64,000 nt of DNA from positions 3,658,001-3,722,000 of the forward strand of contig AP024664.1 of assembly GCA_024346625.1 (NCBI GenBank), read 5' to 3'. Numbering within the stretch: position 1 is the first letter of the stretch; the number at the start of each line of letters is the position of its first letter. The notes beneath the pieces were generated by a model, which had not been told where the DNA came from, did not search any database, and saw only the letters and a list, made by a program, of their open reading frames with translations. This stretch comes from Williopsis jadinii. Taxonomy: Eukaryota. Made by a program: the position numbers and the translations under genes. Of this stretch, positions 45,926 through 59,743 are shown piece by piece.

Positions 45926-47129
45926 CTTTGATTCTGTTGTTTGATGAAAGAAAGAAGGGAGGGAAAGGGGGTAAAGGGTCAAATGAAACTGCCAAACTAG
46001 AGGGCAATCTTGATTATTTATACCTTTTTTGTAAATGGCGCATAGCTTCAAAAGAAGCGAGCAGCCTTTGGAACACAACAGGTGGAGGAAGGAAAATTAG
46101 GTGATTCCATAAAAAAAAGTTTTTCACCTCACCCCGGCAACAAGAATACTTAAAACTGTGGATCTGAATTCTAGACCACGACCAATTCCTTGAGGGTAAA
46201 TATAGCAATAAGGGGGAAAGTGTAGGAAAATCCATCCACAGAGAACTGCGAAACTTGTGTTCATTCTTGAGAATCAAAGGAATACTTCTGATCACTGGCT
46301 TAGCTACTGAACCTCAACAGTTGACACAATTCAAAGGGACGCTTGATGTGTTCCATGCTTGTCTTCTTTCCAGTTGGCTCAAGACTCCATTGTACCACAC
46401 ATCCCCTGACGTTATTTGTCATTCCCCCCTCTTTGCAACGCTACTTTGTTTACGTCCAATGAATGTACGTTGAAGCACCTTTGTGCCGTAGAGTTCACTT
46501 TGGCCCGCAGGAATCTTTGCCAATTTCGTGCTCGATCGAGAGTGTTTTAAGCAACGAGTGGTGATTGCACGCCATTCTTCGCTTAAACAGGGAGTAAAAA
46601 ATTTTAAACTATTGGTTAAAGCCACAAGACTGCTGATTCCTTAGCGTATTACCCACCCAAACCTCCCATCCCATTGACCAATCATACACGGGAACGGCGA
46701 CGCAAGGCAATTGGATCATTTCCCGAAAAGGGTTAAAAGTGACCGAGTTAGGGGAAATGGCGTATACCAACAAATAATCTCACACAAGGTGCAACAATTT
46801 GGCCCACACCATCCGCCTGCCATGGAAGGGGTTTGTTTATCCATTTGTTTACCAAAACATGGACGTCACAACACCGGCACGCGGTTCAACTATGATGACC
46901 TCGATACAGATGGTATTCCAAACAACAGAGAATGTGTGTCTAATAGACAAATAAATAAATATAAAACAGATACCCCAAACTCCTATATACGACACATGAA
47001 AAGTCCACCGCCACGGCAGCTGAGTTGCCGGAAGTTCGCAAGCGTTGGTCGCGTGCTGTGTGTCTTGTTTGCTTTAAACCGCCTCCCGTGCACACGTTCC
47101 GACAGCGGCGCCTTTTCAGAATTAGGTCT

Positions 47130-48950
47130 TCAATCCTTACCGACAAGGATAGAAAGAATGGCATCCAAGATCTGACGTTTCTTTGACGCTGGATGCTCAA
47201 GCTTTCTCTGTTCGAGCATAGCTGTGTACTCTCGCTCGTGGTCTTCAATCTCTTTCAACCCGGTAATGAGATCAACTTCTGCCGGGTTTCTCCATTTGGT
47301 TCTCTTGATCACTTTCCAAAAGATAAACAGCCCAAAATCAACAAAGATGATGAGGTAGTTGAATAGAAAGTCCTCGTAGTTCCAGTTTCCCTTTGTGAAA
47401 ACGCTATATCCGTTGACCCACATCATGATAAATGCGGATGCAAACCCGAGCAGTGCGGTATAAGGCTGGAACCAACTCTTGAAGGTAAACCCGTTTCTGT
47501 CTAAGCCCTGTGCATTTACAGCTTTCAAGAAGAAGACGTAGGTAATGGACATGACACAAAAGTTGAACAGCTGACAGCCCGTGATCAAGTTAATGAGCCA
47601 ATCCAGCACAACGGCGGATCCGTTGTTCAGCTGCAAGAAAGAGATGAAGGCCCACGAAAGAGATGCTAACACCGCAAGAATTGGAACACCTGATTTGTTG
47701 CAGTATGTAAAGATCCATGGGGCCTTGTGATCAAGTGCCAATCCATAAAGCGTACGACTAGAACAGTACGTGTATGCGTTACCTGCACTAAAGGCAGAAG
47801 CGACAAGAGCACCATTCACGATGTCTGGAAGAACATTGATTCCCATATTGTTCATAGCGATGACATATGGTGAAGCACCGGCACCTGGTAATCCATCGCT
47901 AATGGCAGCATCCAACTGTGGGGAATTGTATGGAACAAGAACACCGACACAGATACACCCACCAAGGAAGAGAAATGTCAATCTGTAAAAGATTTGTTTA
48001 AAGGCTCTTGGTAACGTTGATGATCTTGGAAGCACAGTTTCGCCTGCAACCATTGAGAGGTAGTCTGGACCTGCAATGGTGAACGAAGCTCTGATTAAAC
48101 ATTGCAAGAATGCTCTAAAATAACCTAATGAACCGGATGATAGATACGTTGTAAAGGATCCTGGGTCCCTCCAATATCTGAAACCAAATGCATCGTGTTG
48201 TGGGTTACCGCCAACCATGGTGATAAACGTGAAAAGCATGAGTCCAACGGCCAACAGAATCTTACCAATAGCAAGCCAAAATTCGGTTTCTCCATATATC
48301 TTCACTGCAAATATAGAAATGAGGAAGTACATGAGTGTTTGGATAGAGAGGGTTATAGCTGCGGAATAGTCATCTCTCCAGTAGTGAATAATTCTGTTCA
48401 CGGCAACGATTTCAAAGGGAATCTGAACGCACTCTAAGAACCAGAAATTCCAACCACCCATGAATTCAAAGGCATCGTCACAACAACGGCCAGCCATTCT
48501 AATAAAAGGTGAACTAATTGGTAGATAGCAAACCATTTCAGCGGTGCTCACCGTGATACACAAAATGGGGATGCACCAAAGTGCAAATGCAATCAACAAA
48601 TTACCTGGACCCATTTGCAAACCGTTACCAATGGCGACGAAAAGAGCTGTACCAATGACACCAGATATACCAATGAGTTGAACATGTCTGTTCTTCAATC
48701 TTCTCTGCGTCTGCGAAACAAGCGTCGACGTGTCGGAAATTGACTTTGTTTCCTGGTTTGGCTCGTAGTATTTGGAGCTACCACTTTTCCCAACATCATA
48801 CATTTCAATGTTTATAACCGACTCGTTGTCGTTCTCCTTCGGGAACATGTGAGGATCCTGGGGGACATATATCGATGCTGTGTCAAGGGTCAGTGACTTT
48901 GGTGGGGGCAAAGGTATAAAGATGTCCTTAAAGCTTTGGACCCAATGCAT
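47130..48950 (-). CDS. AGP2: Amino acid permease family transporter/sensor Agp2
   Basis: RRLKNRHVQLIGISGVIGTALFV, YGETEFW, FTIAGPDYLSMVAGE; first ATG at 48950. Confidence 0.85.
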   Translation of the reverse strand: MHWVQSFKDIFIPLPPPKSLTLDTASIYVPQDPHMFPKENDNESVINIEMYDVGKSGSSKYYEPNQETKSISDTSTLVSQTQRRLKNRHVQLIGISGVIGTALFVAIGNGLQMGPGNLLIAFALWCIPILCITVSTAEMVCYLPISSPFIRMAGRCCDDAFEFMGGWNFWFLECVQIPFEIVAVNRIIHYWRDDYSAAITLSIQTLMYFLISIFAVKIYGETEFWLAIGKILLAVGLMLFTFITMVGGNPQHDAFGFRYWRDPGSFTTYLSSGSLGYFRAFLQCLIRASFTIAGPDYLSMVAGETVLPRSSTLPRAFKQIFYRLTFLFLGGCICVGVLVPYNSPQLDAAISDGLPGAGASPYVIAMNNMGINVLPDIVNGALVASAFSAGNAYTYCSSRTLYGLALDHKAPWIFTYCNKSGVPILAVLASLSWAFISFLQLNNGSAVVLDWLINLITGCQLFNFCVMSITYVFFLKAVNAQGLDRNGFTFKSWFQPYTALLGFASAFIMMWVNGYSVFTKGNWNYEDFLFNYLIIFVDFGLFIFWKVIKRTKWRNPAEVDLITGLKEIEDHEREYTAMLEQRKLEHPASKKRQILDAILSILVGKD

Positions 48951-50371
48951 GGTTAAAACTCGTGTGTGTGTGTCTTCTTCTTTATTGGCGTCTAGCAACT
49001 ACAACAGTGTTAGGTGCTTCGAACGATACAACGAGTACAAATAATGAAGAAGGAGAGAAGAATGGAAAAAAAAACTTGCAGTTTTATTATGGGGTTATAC
49101 CTGGAGTAAATTGCATATGCAACCCTCTCAGGGCTTTAACCACTGCCTCGGACAAACGTCAAACTCGGACGGTGTGGGTGAAATTTTAGCGAGTGGTACG
49201 GGTGTATGTTCTTGTTTCTGCATCTTTAGCCTGTGTTCACTGTTTAGCGTTGCGACCAACGTCACTGTACTTAGCCCTCATATCAATAAACTGTGCACTT
49301 TAGGCTTCAGCCTATGAGAGTTCGACTAACACTCTGCTCCCTGTCATACACTTGTCCTTAAGAGCGAAGGGGTAAGATGGATGCAGCCGGAACGTAGAGA
49401 AGCACTTGTTCATCGTCGCAGCAACTGACCCGCACTCGAGGTTAAGATGGTCGAAAGGTCTTTGAGCACCTTACAACCTGTCGAATTTACAAGGCGCCTA
49501 CCGGGTATAGCTAGGGTGGCATGTGCATCTATGGACTAAAGGGATAAACATACCATTAGAGGGAGCCCCCAAGTCACAGCTGGTGAACGCTGGAGTGTTT
49601 TATACGCATCATTGAACAAAGCAAGCTGGATTAAGGACAAGAAATGTTCGACTATGAGGGTCATCCGTTTCGTTGATACTATGATTGTTTTCATTGACGA
49701 GATGAAGGGAAAGAAACGGAACAAGTCCTCCAAGATAGTAAACGTCGTCACGGTTACAACTTTTACTGGGCATATATTTTGGTTTGCACACACTTTCAGA
49801 GAAGTGAAGTAGAAATTTCTTTTTGGAGAAAGTTTTTGTTCGGCTTTAACAGCTGGAAAAAATTTAGGAAAAATCGATGAGCTGCATGCGGAGTTGATCG
49901 TTATTTCGAAACAAGGCTACAAATCTATCTTCCTATACAGATGTATTAAGAACTCTATAATAGTATATTGTGTGTAGGGGTATATGAGCTAATGAAGAGA
50001 AGGATATGGGGTGCCGGAAGCTCTAAAAAGGTTACAAATTGTTTAGCGTATAGCGTTCAATATGCATAGAGTAAAACCAATTAAACAGAGACCCAAAAAT
50101 AAACGAGTGAAGTGTCTCCTTCACACACACCAAAACCAACCCGAATTAAAAGAAAATGTCATGTATGTACATATAATGCTCGAAGATGATTCAATGATCT
50201 TCGATATCAAAGAAGAGGGTGGCGTCTACCCCTTAGTTGATAAATAAAACCAGAAAAAAAAACAGCCCAAACCCAGGGTATGCCATAACCAGGAATAAAA
50301 AGAAAAACGAAATCGAGATCGAGACGTCTCCAAAGTCCTAAAAGTGTTAAACCAAAGAGCAGTTGCTCCGA

Positions 50372-51295
50372 TTACAATGTCCAATCACCAACAGTGATAC
50401 CAGTTCCAACCATTTCGGAAGCCTGTCCTGAAAGAATCGCTCTTCTTTTCAAGGCCCTGATTGAATTTACCTTTTTCTTCAAAGGTCCAGCCACTCTAGA
50501 CATGGATGGTTCGAATCTAACTGGAAATGTTGAAACGTCTGGGAAAGCCAAGTTGTGTCTCTCGTCGTGTCTGTATTGTAGGAATTTTTGCTTTAAAGGT
50601 TGGTTTGAGTCACCATGTTGTTCTGAAGAGAGATTGTTGTAATCCAAGAAATCTTCAACACTCAACTGCTCTTGGGATGGCTGTTCTTTAACCGGTACTG
50701 AGGATTCCTCGGTGACATTGGACTCAAGGTCATTCAACTTGTTGTTCTCCTCGATGATCTTTTGGAAGTTCTCCTCAATCGTCTTGAGGTCTGAGAAACT
50801 GCCCATCACTGACGACACTGGTGTAATTGGTGTGTTCTCCGAAGAGTCTGAAAGAACGTCATCAGAATCGGATGTATAGTGATCAGAGAACAGGTCGTCA
50901 TTGAGTAACAAGCTTGATTGAGAAACACAAGCATGGTTGTCCTCCTTCGGAGTTGGACGCTTGTCAAAGTTCAAGAATCTAGTTGTGCTGGTGGCGTTAA
51001 CGAGATCTGTTTCGTAGTCAGAAAGTGCGGAGTGATACTGATCATCCTCATCTGAACTGAAGACATCATTACCATCCTCTCCAAGACCAGTTGGATATCC
51101 GTACACACTCTCAATGCCATCTTCTGGTTGACGTTCCAATTTACGTCTCTTGAAGTTGACATTGTTATAGGTGTTTTCGTCCTCCCCAATGGTGGTGATG
51201 GATCTAAGAACCGGCTTCTTAATTGTTTCTTGGAATTGTTTAGCTTTGGTTGTCATAACACGAGCACGAGTGGACTTACGAGTAACAGGAGCCAT
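50372..51295 (-). CDS. Hypothetical acidic, largely disordered protein
   Basis: Long ORF with coding-like composition and a KRRK NLS-like motif; likely start MAPVTRK at 51295 (alternative ATG at 51376). Confidence 0.75.
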   Translation of the reverse strand: MAPVTRKSTRARVMTTKAKQFQETIKKPVLRSITTIGEDENTYNNVNFKRRKLERQPEDGIESVYGYPTGLGEDGNDVFSSDEDDQYHSALSDYETDLVNATSTTRFLNFDKRPTPKEDNHACVSQSSLLLNDDLFSDHYTSDSDDVLSDSSENTPITPVSSVMGSFSDLKTIEENFQKIIEENNKLNDLESNVTEESSVPVKEQPSQEQLSVEDFLDYNNLSSEQHGDSNQPLKQKFLQYRHDERHNLAFPDVSTFPVRFEPSMSRVAGPLKKKVNSIRALKRRAILSGQASEMVGTGITVGDWTL

Positions 51296-53991
51296 CTTTG
51301 AATTGGTAAATAGGTTCTGTTGTTGTAGCAATAGATTTAAGGGGATAGAGACAACAAAAAAGTTCCCAATGCTCATCTTTTTATGTCATTGGTTCCTAAA
51401 TTTTTTTTTTGCTTCTGCAAAAATTTTTGATATGCGGCATGCATGAAAAAAAAAAGAAACAAAAAAAAACTATGCATGAATCTGTACACTTTGGTACACA
51501 CACTAGCAGACCTCTGCCTAGCAGTTTAGAAGGAGGGCTGGGAAGAGTTAGGTGGGGCATCGTTCTGTAGGCAGGAAAACAACTCCTTTTAGAAAGAGAT
51601 TGCTGCAGAGAGTGCCCAGTAGCGGGCACGGAAATTACAGTATACAGGCTCTAGGGGCGTCGAAAAAATAAAAGAGAATTAAGAGTGGTTGACAAAATGA
51701 TGACGGAGCCAATCAACGGCATCATTTGGTAAGCTCGAAAACGATCTTGCATCGAAATGATCTCCCGTGTCCACCCTTTTCCCACCGTCGGTTTTAACAG
51801 GTTAATGTAGAATTGTTTATGATGAAGTACTCGTAAAATTAGAATTGTGTCATGCTATACAAACTTCGTATCAGCGACTATGGCTGTTTTATCCTAAAAC
51901 TCTGAGCCCCTGAATTCAGTCCAGTTTGTGTTTTCCGGTCCAACACATTACCTGGAACGTTAACTTCGATGACCAATGCCCCCCTACATGTGGCCAACTC
52001 CTCCTGTGCAAAGAAATGGGAATGGCTTTAGCCGGGTGCTTATTTCTGGTGGTGTTTGTTTTTCCTAAGATTTTTGGTTGTCCGGGAGCTGAGAACAAGT
52101 TGCTGAGGTGAAATTTTTGTCTCACTGCGGGTTGGTTTGTGCAGCTACAATTGCATCAGATTGATACGATGGCCTTCTGTCATAAATTGATACTTGTGAT
52201 CAAGATTCAAGTTTGCTATCTCGTTCTGATAAGGACATAATTTACTGGGTGATTTGGTCCCGTCAAAGCCTCTTGTTGCTGCTCTGTCGTTGTCCTCTCC
52301 CCCTCCTACCATTTATTATAGTTTTTGATAGATTTCCTGAGCAAACTGACGATCGGGGCCTCTTCTCTTCGCTGCCTGTACGACGTACATATTTTGCTGA
52401 GTTGCCCAGATCAAAGTTAGCTAGTGCATCAGACGTTCTATCGATCCGTAAAGCTAATAGCTATAGCACTTCGGCAACTAAAGCATTCACAAGTTGAAAA
52501 CATATGCACACCTGATTCTGTGCTATACGAGGACATTTTGAGAGAACATCCAATTCCAAAGACACAAGTTCTGGCTGATTGGCAGCCAATCAATTGCCAA
52601 TGTCAAACACCTCCAAACTAATTTTGCACAGAGATGAGCAGTGATACCAAGAGGCCTCAGACAAAATAAAATTCCACTCGCATCTGTGTCCAGTGGAGAT
52701 ACAGCTCCCACAGAGCAATTGAGGTTATTTGTAGAGCAATCGTGTCATATGTACGTTTCTGTTCTGGATCAATGTGTTTGGCTCAAAGGTTTTGGCGATC
52801 CTATCCTCCACCCCCTATAGATGTTGCATCTGGTTTCGTGGAGTGATCAGAGATGGGGTGCAGCCAAATGTATGGGAATCCAGACTGTATGTGTCAGAGT
52901 TGAAAAAAAAACGCCTTATGGTGGTCCCAATCTAATATGCCGTGTTTGGTAGATATGTAGCCCCTGAAAGCTGTTCATCATACTTCTAAATCCAAAGTAT
53001 CATATGATATTTATGATACGTCCTATCGAAACTCTAAATTGATCTCAAGTCTGCTTTGATGAACATTGCAGCGCTAGCTCTGCCAACAGTAATGCACATC
53101 GTAAGCAACGTGTCTGTAGTGTATTATGAAGAAGTAACTTAATCCCTCTATAAGTCAAATTATGAAGTGAAGAGTTGGCAGACATAAAGAGCAAGGGGCT
53201 AGAAAAACACCCATATGTATGTAATATGCAGACAAAGGTTGTTCAAGTGCGTTGATTTTATCAAACACATGAAATACTGTCCTATCTCATGGTGCGTTCT
53301 GCTCATCAGCTAATAATTAAGTGGGGAGTCAAGAATATCAATGTTGTATAGGCAATCGCTTTTACAGTTAATTTATCTGCTAACTAAAACGTGTGTAATT
53401 GGTATTATCGTGGATTATGACAAGCAATCGTACAGTTCTTACAATTCAAGGGTTATCTACTGTTCATTTGCAAGTTCATGTAGCCGAAAGCACTCCCTAT
53501 CCTCAGGAATTTATGTCTCTTCTATCACATTGCATGTCAAAATCTAGGATCTATATGGGTTGTACCCGCCTTGTTATCAGAAGATCTTTGCTGCCTTGTC
53601 ATTTGTTTGAGATCATGACAGGATTTACAAGTGCATACTGCCATCAATTGAGGCGTACCATTAATCCTGAGTTCTGCAATGCTGTTTCTACCTCGAGCTT
53701 CAATCATTGCATCCTGGTGGGATTTGCGAGGTACATGGTGCACTTTCCGTCATAATCAGCAAACATGTCCCTTACAAGAGTTCTTGTGTTCAACTTTACC
53801 AAATAGGGAACTCTTATGCTATGATGAATTGAAGCACTACGGATGATCAGGATGTCGGTTCATCTTCAGTAACATATTTAGGTGTAAAATTAGATGATCC
53901 ACCGTTATAATTAAATTGGTTAATAATGCAAATGTTCAAGAATCCCCTAAAGTGTATAGATATACGATTTAAACAACTTCAATCTCATGAT

Positions 53992-55695
53992 TCACGGTGC
54001 AAATTCCACTGGATGGGCTAAGAGGTACTCCAAATGAGATTCGATGAATTGGCACAGTTCAGCTCTTGTAATTTCGTTGAAGTATTTCAAGGAGAGATTC
54101 AAATCGCATAACATGAACTTCATTCTCTTGTACTGGACAAGTTCAAAATCAAACTTGTACGGGAGGAAGTTCCCGACATCAGAATACATTCTAAAGTCCT
54201 GGCCATTGCTATTTTTCAACTTCTCCTCCTTGTGTAACAGGAATGGATCAAGTTTTGGATAGTTGGCGTGGACAGTGAACACTTTGGCACGGTCCTTGTC
54301 AAATGACTCCCAATTAGGATTCTGTGAATTGGCGATTGCCTCAAACATCTCATAATCCTCTGTTGGATCACGCTGTCCCATGGCGACACCGTTGAAATTT
54401 CCCGTGCCAGTATCCACCCATCCAAAGGTCTTGATATTCGAATGAACTTGATAGTAGCTCTCACCTTGGTTGATCGCCGCAATGACAAAGGTATCCTTGT
54501 CACCTTCACCGTCTGCACCTTGTGAGATCAATGGGTAGAAGAACTCCGGTCCAAAAAGGTTATAAAATAGTGCTAAGCACAACGTCTTGACGTGATCACT
54601 TTTCCGTATTAAAATTTGACCAGATTCAGTGGAAAGTTCTGGGAATGCACCTTGTAACTCGTGGAACGGAACTGCTTCTGGATCAGTGACAACCTCTGGT
54701 TTTGGTAATGGCCATTCACGAGTGTTTACTCTCACTGTTTCGTTAACTTGAATGCCCATTATCTCATAAAGATAAGGTGAGGTTGTTCTTTCCCAATAAT
54801 CTGGCCAACTGACAAACCCCTTTGACAAGAATGGCTCTGAGTTGAACATCTTATCTGGGTTAGAAACCAACACGTTATCACTGTCCAAGAACAGAGTATT
54901 GTCAAAACTGGACGCTAACAGGGCCAATGACTTGTACTGATAACCTTTGAAGGGGATATCTTTCATGATCTCTGTTCCCAGCACATTTTGCAGCAGCACG
55001 CACGAGCCACCTAATGCCGGTAGTATCTCTTCGCAAAAGTCATATTCGTACTCTTCGGACGTTGGGATGATCAACTCCACCGGCAACTTACAACCAAAGG
55101 ACCTCATAGACTTGATGCTCAATAACGACAACCATGAGAATCTGCCACCTCCAATCATCACAATACCTGTGCCTTTATACAGCCCCTTAGGAAACTTTGT
55201 CGGTAAGGATTCAGAGACGGATTTGTGAATACTTTGTAGACGCGCTACTTCCTCGTGATCCATCGCCAGGTAGGAGAGCAATTCCTTCTTCGACCAGAAA
55301 CTCGACTTATGGTCAGATGCACGTTTTTCCAGCTCCAGCTTGGGTATCTCTGGTTTCTTTGAGTATAAAGATCTAATCAAGTTGCTATAGAACTCCTGCG
55401 ACTGGGCCTGCTTCTTAGAAGTCGTCATCAGCGCACCACCAGTCTTCTTCAAATGTTCGGCGACAGCCTCTGGCAACGAATCGGAATCTGCCTTCACCAG
55501 CTGCTCCACTATCACGTTGTTATCATCCGAGTAGAAATATTCACCAAGAAACTGCTGAAAGTTCTCCGCTACTTTGTCGAACTTCGCAGAGCTTGACCTT
55601 TGAAAGATCGCTGACGTGAGATAGCCCAGCGACACCACAAATGCCAGCAGCATCAACAGCCTTCTGTGGCGAGGAGAGCCAATGCCTTTGAACAT
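53992..55695 (-). CDS. Golgi alpha-1,2-mannosyltransferase, Mnn2/Mnn5 family (GT71)
   Basis: Type II TM, GIVMIGGG, GYQYKSLALLASSF, LDSDN, WPDYW, STESGQ and GEGDKDTF motifs. Confidence 0.92.
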   Translation of the reverse strand: MFKGIGSPRHRRLLMLLAFVVSLGYLTSAIFQRSSSAKFDKVAENFQQFLGEYFYSDDNNVIVEQLVKADSDSLPEAVAEHLKKTGGALMTTSKKQAQSQEFYSNLIRSLYSKKPEIPKLELEKRASDHKSSFWSKKELLSYLAMDHEEVARLQSIHKSVSESLPTKFPKGLYKGTGIVMIGGGRFSWLSLLSIKSMRSFGCKLPVELIIPTSEEYEYDFCEEILPALGGSCVLLQNVLGTEIMKDIPFKGYQYKSLALLASSFDNTLFLDSDNVLVSNPDKMFNSEPFLSKGFVSWPDYWERTTSPYLYEIMGIQVNETVRVNTREWPLPKPEVVTDPEAVPFHELQGAFPELSTESGQILIRKSDHVKTLCLALFYNLFGPEFFYPLISQGADGEGDKDTFVIAAINQGESYYQVHSNIKTFGWVDTGTGNFNGVAMGQRDPTEDYEMFEAIANSQNPNWESFDKDRAKVFTVHANYPKLDPFLLHKEEKLKNSNGQDFRMYSDVGNFLPYKFDFELVQYKRMKFMLCDLNLSLKYFNEITRAELCQFIESHLEYLLAHPVEFAP

Positions 55696-57745
55696 GATCC
55701 TCTTGAAGTTATCACCACGGAGTGTGTGCACTGGTCGGTTTATCCTACTTTTGGTGTAGTTATTCTCTGTCTGTGTGTGGTTTTTTCCTCCTTCCTGTGC
55801 TCACACAGGCTTATAAAACCCTTTATGTCCTCTCGTAAGCCTCTGTATTTAAAGGGTCGCTCCTGCACGATAGAGAGGGAAACAACAAGCGTTGGCGAGG
55901 ATTTTGAAGGAAGTTTGTTTCCGCCCAATGACAACGTTCAAAAGGGAATTTTGGCTGAAATGGAAGTTATGTGGGAGCTTCCCTTCGTGTCGGTACGATG
56001 GTGGTGCTTGAAAGGGGAAAAAACGCGTCACCAACTCTGACGTCCTCCTCTTTGGCTCAATGCGCTTAGCAAAGTCTGAACAGGAAAAGTTTTCGTTCTC
56101 GCGATAACGGGGGAAGGGACAGATTTTATACGCAGCTAAAAAATTGGGGGGAGTACAAACTACGCAGTGGTTTGTTGGGAGGATAATGCGTAAACATCGA
56201 AGATTGGAAGCTATGTAATATAGGGAGTTAGTACTTGATTCCATCATGGGAATGTCTTCCAGGAGGTCCACCTTGCCATGTAACAACAGACATGTATCAG
56301 AGTCATTAAATCAGTTTTTTTTGTTTTAGTAATCACCGAAGTAGTTAAACGTTCTAAGACAGTGTGAATATAAAAGATCATCATGAAAGTAAGGGACTGT
56401 TGTTTAGGTGGGCAAAAAAAGGGTCTCTCTGGATGGTTGAGAGATGTTAACATACGCCTTAACCATTGTTAGTACAACGTCGATAAAGAAACACAGACGA
56501 TATCGAAATCTCCTCCTTTGTTTACACCTGACAGTTTTGTTCTTGTAAAAGTCAGCAAAGCGACCTATCATCAATTTCAATCCACCAACACCTTCAAAAA
56601 TGTACACAGAAGATGCGACTACCAATACTGGTGATGGATCAAACACCTATGACCGCCCGGTCGAAACAGTTTTCCTCATCCAAAATGTAAAGTATAAAAG
56701 GCGGAAACGATACAGGGGGATAACTTACTGTTCATTGTTAGTACAATGTTCGCACCAAAAAGGGCGGTGGTGTCCGATCTTGCAGTTTCCATTCTGGTTC
56801 TCCTAATATGCTCATACAAGGCTGAAACTTAACGATATAATGCAATTGTCGACATACAGTCATTCAGTTGGAACAATTGGTTGATTAGTGCAAATAATCA
56901 TAGCAGTGGTGAATAGGAGAAAGAGAAATTTAAAATCACATAAACGACCCACGTATACGACAGTTACTTACCTTGACACACATCTTGGAAGCTTAAAGCC
57001 TACAACTGCATTGTTTTTTCTTCCTCGCCTCGTTGTTCTCGTCTCTGTTGATGTTTTGCAAAGTGGGAGAGAAAAGGAAGGATAGGAAAAAAAGTTTTTC
57101 TAGCGTCGACGACTGGAACGCGGAAGGTAAGAATGGAAGCTTATGTAATGTTTATGTAATTGTTTAGGGCAAAAAGCCGACGGCGGTGGTGTTAACGAAT
57201 GCTCCTACAACCTGCGATTTCTGCCCAAGGATTTGTTACAAGTGAGGGCATTCACCGGTGTGTTAGAACAGGAGGCTAACGGTTCCTTGATTGCCTTCCA
57301 TTTAACCCTGTTGTTTCTTCCTTATGAAACTTGGATATCCTCTCCACCAGGCCACCACTAACAGCTCTGCGATGCTTCGGTTGCCATCTCCACTGGAGGA
57401 GAACATGGAGTCCTTCTAGAGACCGTAGCACACTGTTTAAAAATACGTTGCACCGGATATAGAACTGTGGATATAAACCCCAGTACTGTTTTCCCATCCT
57501 TATGCCCATGGGTTCCCACATTGTGCCTCGCCTATCCATATATGGAAAGCTGCAAGCCTTGATGATGGTTCGTAGGCATCATCGCCTTGACGTATAACTC
57601 TGCGGTTACGTATAACAAGCCCAAAGCCAACCGCAGTGTGGCTATGGAATCGGTTTCAACACTGATGGATGCGGCAAAAGGAAGCATACCAAGACATAAA
57701 GACGAGAATTGTAAAGACCTTCACATTTCAAACGAAAACAGCTAC

Positions 57746-57794
57746 AAGACAACAGCTAAAAGACAACAGCTAAAAGACAACAGCTAAAAGACAA
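57746..57794. repeat. 14-bp tandem repeat (AAAGACAACAGCTA, about 3.5 units)
   Basis: aagacaacagcta aaagacaacagcta aaagacaacagcta aaagacaa. Confidence 0.85.
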
Positions 57795-59658
57795 GTACGA
57801 GGCTCCATACAGATCAGAGGGGTGATAAATATCAGGGAATCCTCCAAACTAACAAACTCACAAACTCACACACAGGCATCGTGAACCGATGACCCTGTTT
57901 CCCTAGTCAAGTCGTGCTACTTAGATCGATAGCGTTAGGATGTCCCGTAGTAACGTGTCCCCTCGTTGACCAGAGTAGAACCCCTCCATAGGCGTTTGGC
58001 ACTACGCGCTTCAAAACTGAAAAGTTCCCTGGCATTATAGAGGGGATAGCACTACCGGACAGCTCTACCATTGCGCAATTTATGATTGAAAGATCATCCA
58101 CCATCCCCTGACGAATAGTCTCCTTTTGTCATGTGGCTACAAAACATCGCATCCACCAAGCTTTTCTTTTGAGATTCCACACGCTCTGGTTACAACTCGT
58201 CACCGATCTGTGGATACGTTTAAGGTGTGATTCGCCTCAGCTCAGATTATCGGTAACCGGGCACAAATCACTAGACCTCAACTGGGGGGAGTGTGTTTAT
58301 TAAGCGTACTAGGACTGATTGTAGGCGTTGTGTGTTTGGCAAGCGGAGAACAACTCAAAGCGTACCATGTTTGGCCGCTCCACTCCACCCCTAACACCTT
58401 ACATACGCCATTGGCCCACGCCCGTACTATCACCCCATTCACCATGATCTGCTGTTTCTCCAAGTGGTGTTCAAACCACACGGCAGCGCTCAATTGCTTG
58501 TGTGGTTGTTGGTCCTCGGACTCCACCACGTCCTCAGTGCCTGTGATCGTGAAGAACCCACACTGTCGGAAAAAAGAAACCAACAAAAGGTATAACGAGC
58601 ATGGAGTATGCCATAAACTTCAGTACATGATGTTGCATGTAATTAATCCACAACTATCATGCTGGTGATGCCAGATTTTGGGAAGTGGGTAAAGGAAGCA
58701 TGCAAAAATTACAGAGCCAAGGAAGAAAAATGTGACGAACTCCCTTCCCCAGCGCCCCCATCCCCCCAATAGCCTAATTTTGATGAGGGTTGTGTAAAAG
58801 TGGGACACGGAGAGGAGAAATTGGTGTCTGCGTGTCAGCCTGTCAGCCGCTTGCGGACGTGGGAGCACGAAATCAAAACGTCATAAGGGCCCAATTCCAG
58901 AATTACGCACACAACCCACACACATCGTGGGGGGCAAAAGACATACCTTGGAGAGTATCTTGTGGTCTGTCAAGTAATAAATTTTAGTTAATTATGATGT
59001 GATCTTGTGTCCATTGGCACACTCGGCACTCCGTACTGCACAGATGGTGTGTGCTTCCCGTGCGTATATACGACGAAAAGAAACGCATGATGCACTTTTG
59101 TAGTTCATAGCCATAGACACACACTCAGCGTAATAATTGCAACCAGGCTCACCACCACGCCATAGAACACACTGCCTACAGGATGATCCGATGTACACAA
59201 CTGTTTTAGCCCCGTTAATCAGACCGAAACGCAATCGAGCTTGATCTCTATAAATACATCACCACCGCCACACGCATCGCGCGTGCTAGACAACACCATA
59301 AAACCTCACGGTTGCTCATCTAGATCGCCTTTCATTGACGTTCTCCAATATTTTTTGTTCTGTGAAGTTCCACCCCTCAGGAACAAAACTCCTCTCTACT
59401 TTCCCTCTGCCTGTGCTTCTTCTCTCTCTCCTCTTCTTATCAAGATTCAGATCATCACTCGGGCGTTTTCTAGGCGGTGAACTGCATACGTCGACGGGCT
59501 GGGAGGGAAAACTGCACCTGCTGGATAAGACTGATACGGTTCTCTCTTGACACTTTTCTCCATTAAGGTGTTCCCCTAAAAAAGCAGCAAGGTACACAGT
59601 ACAAATATATAAAGAAGCAACCATTTTCACTCTTGAGGTACCTTGGAGTTACAGCAAC

Positions 59659-59660
<2 letters not shown>

Positions 59661-59695
<35 letters not shown>
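59661..59695. repeat. (CA)n microsatellite
   Basis: About 17 CA units upstream of the ORF at 59744. Confidence 0.95.
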
Positions 59696-59696
<1 letters not shown>

Positions 59697-59743
59697 AGCT
59701 CTGCGTGTATTTTCAACATCTCTCATCTTAAACGCTGCAAATC

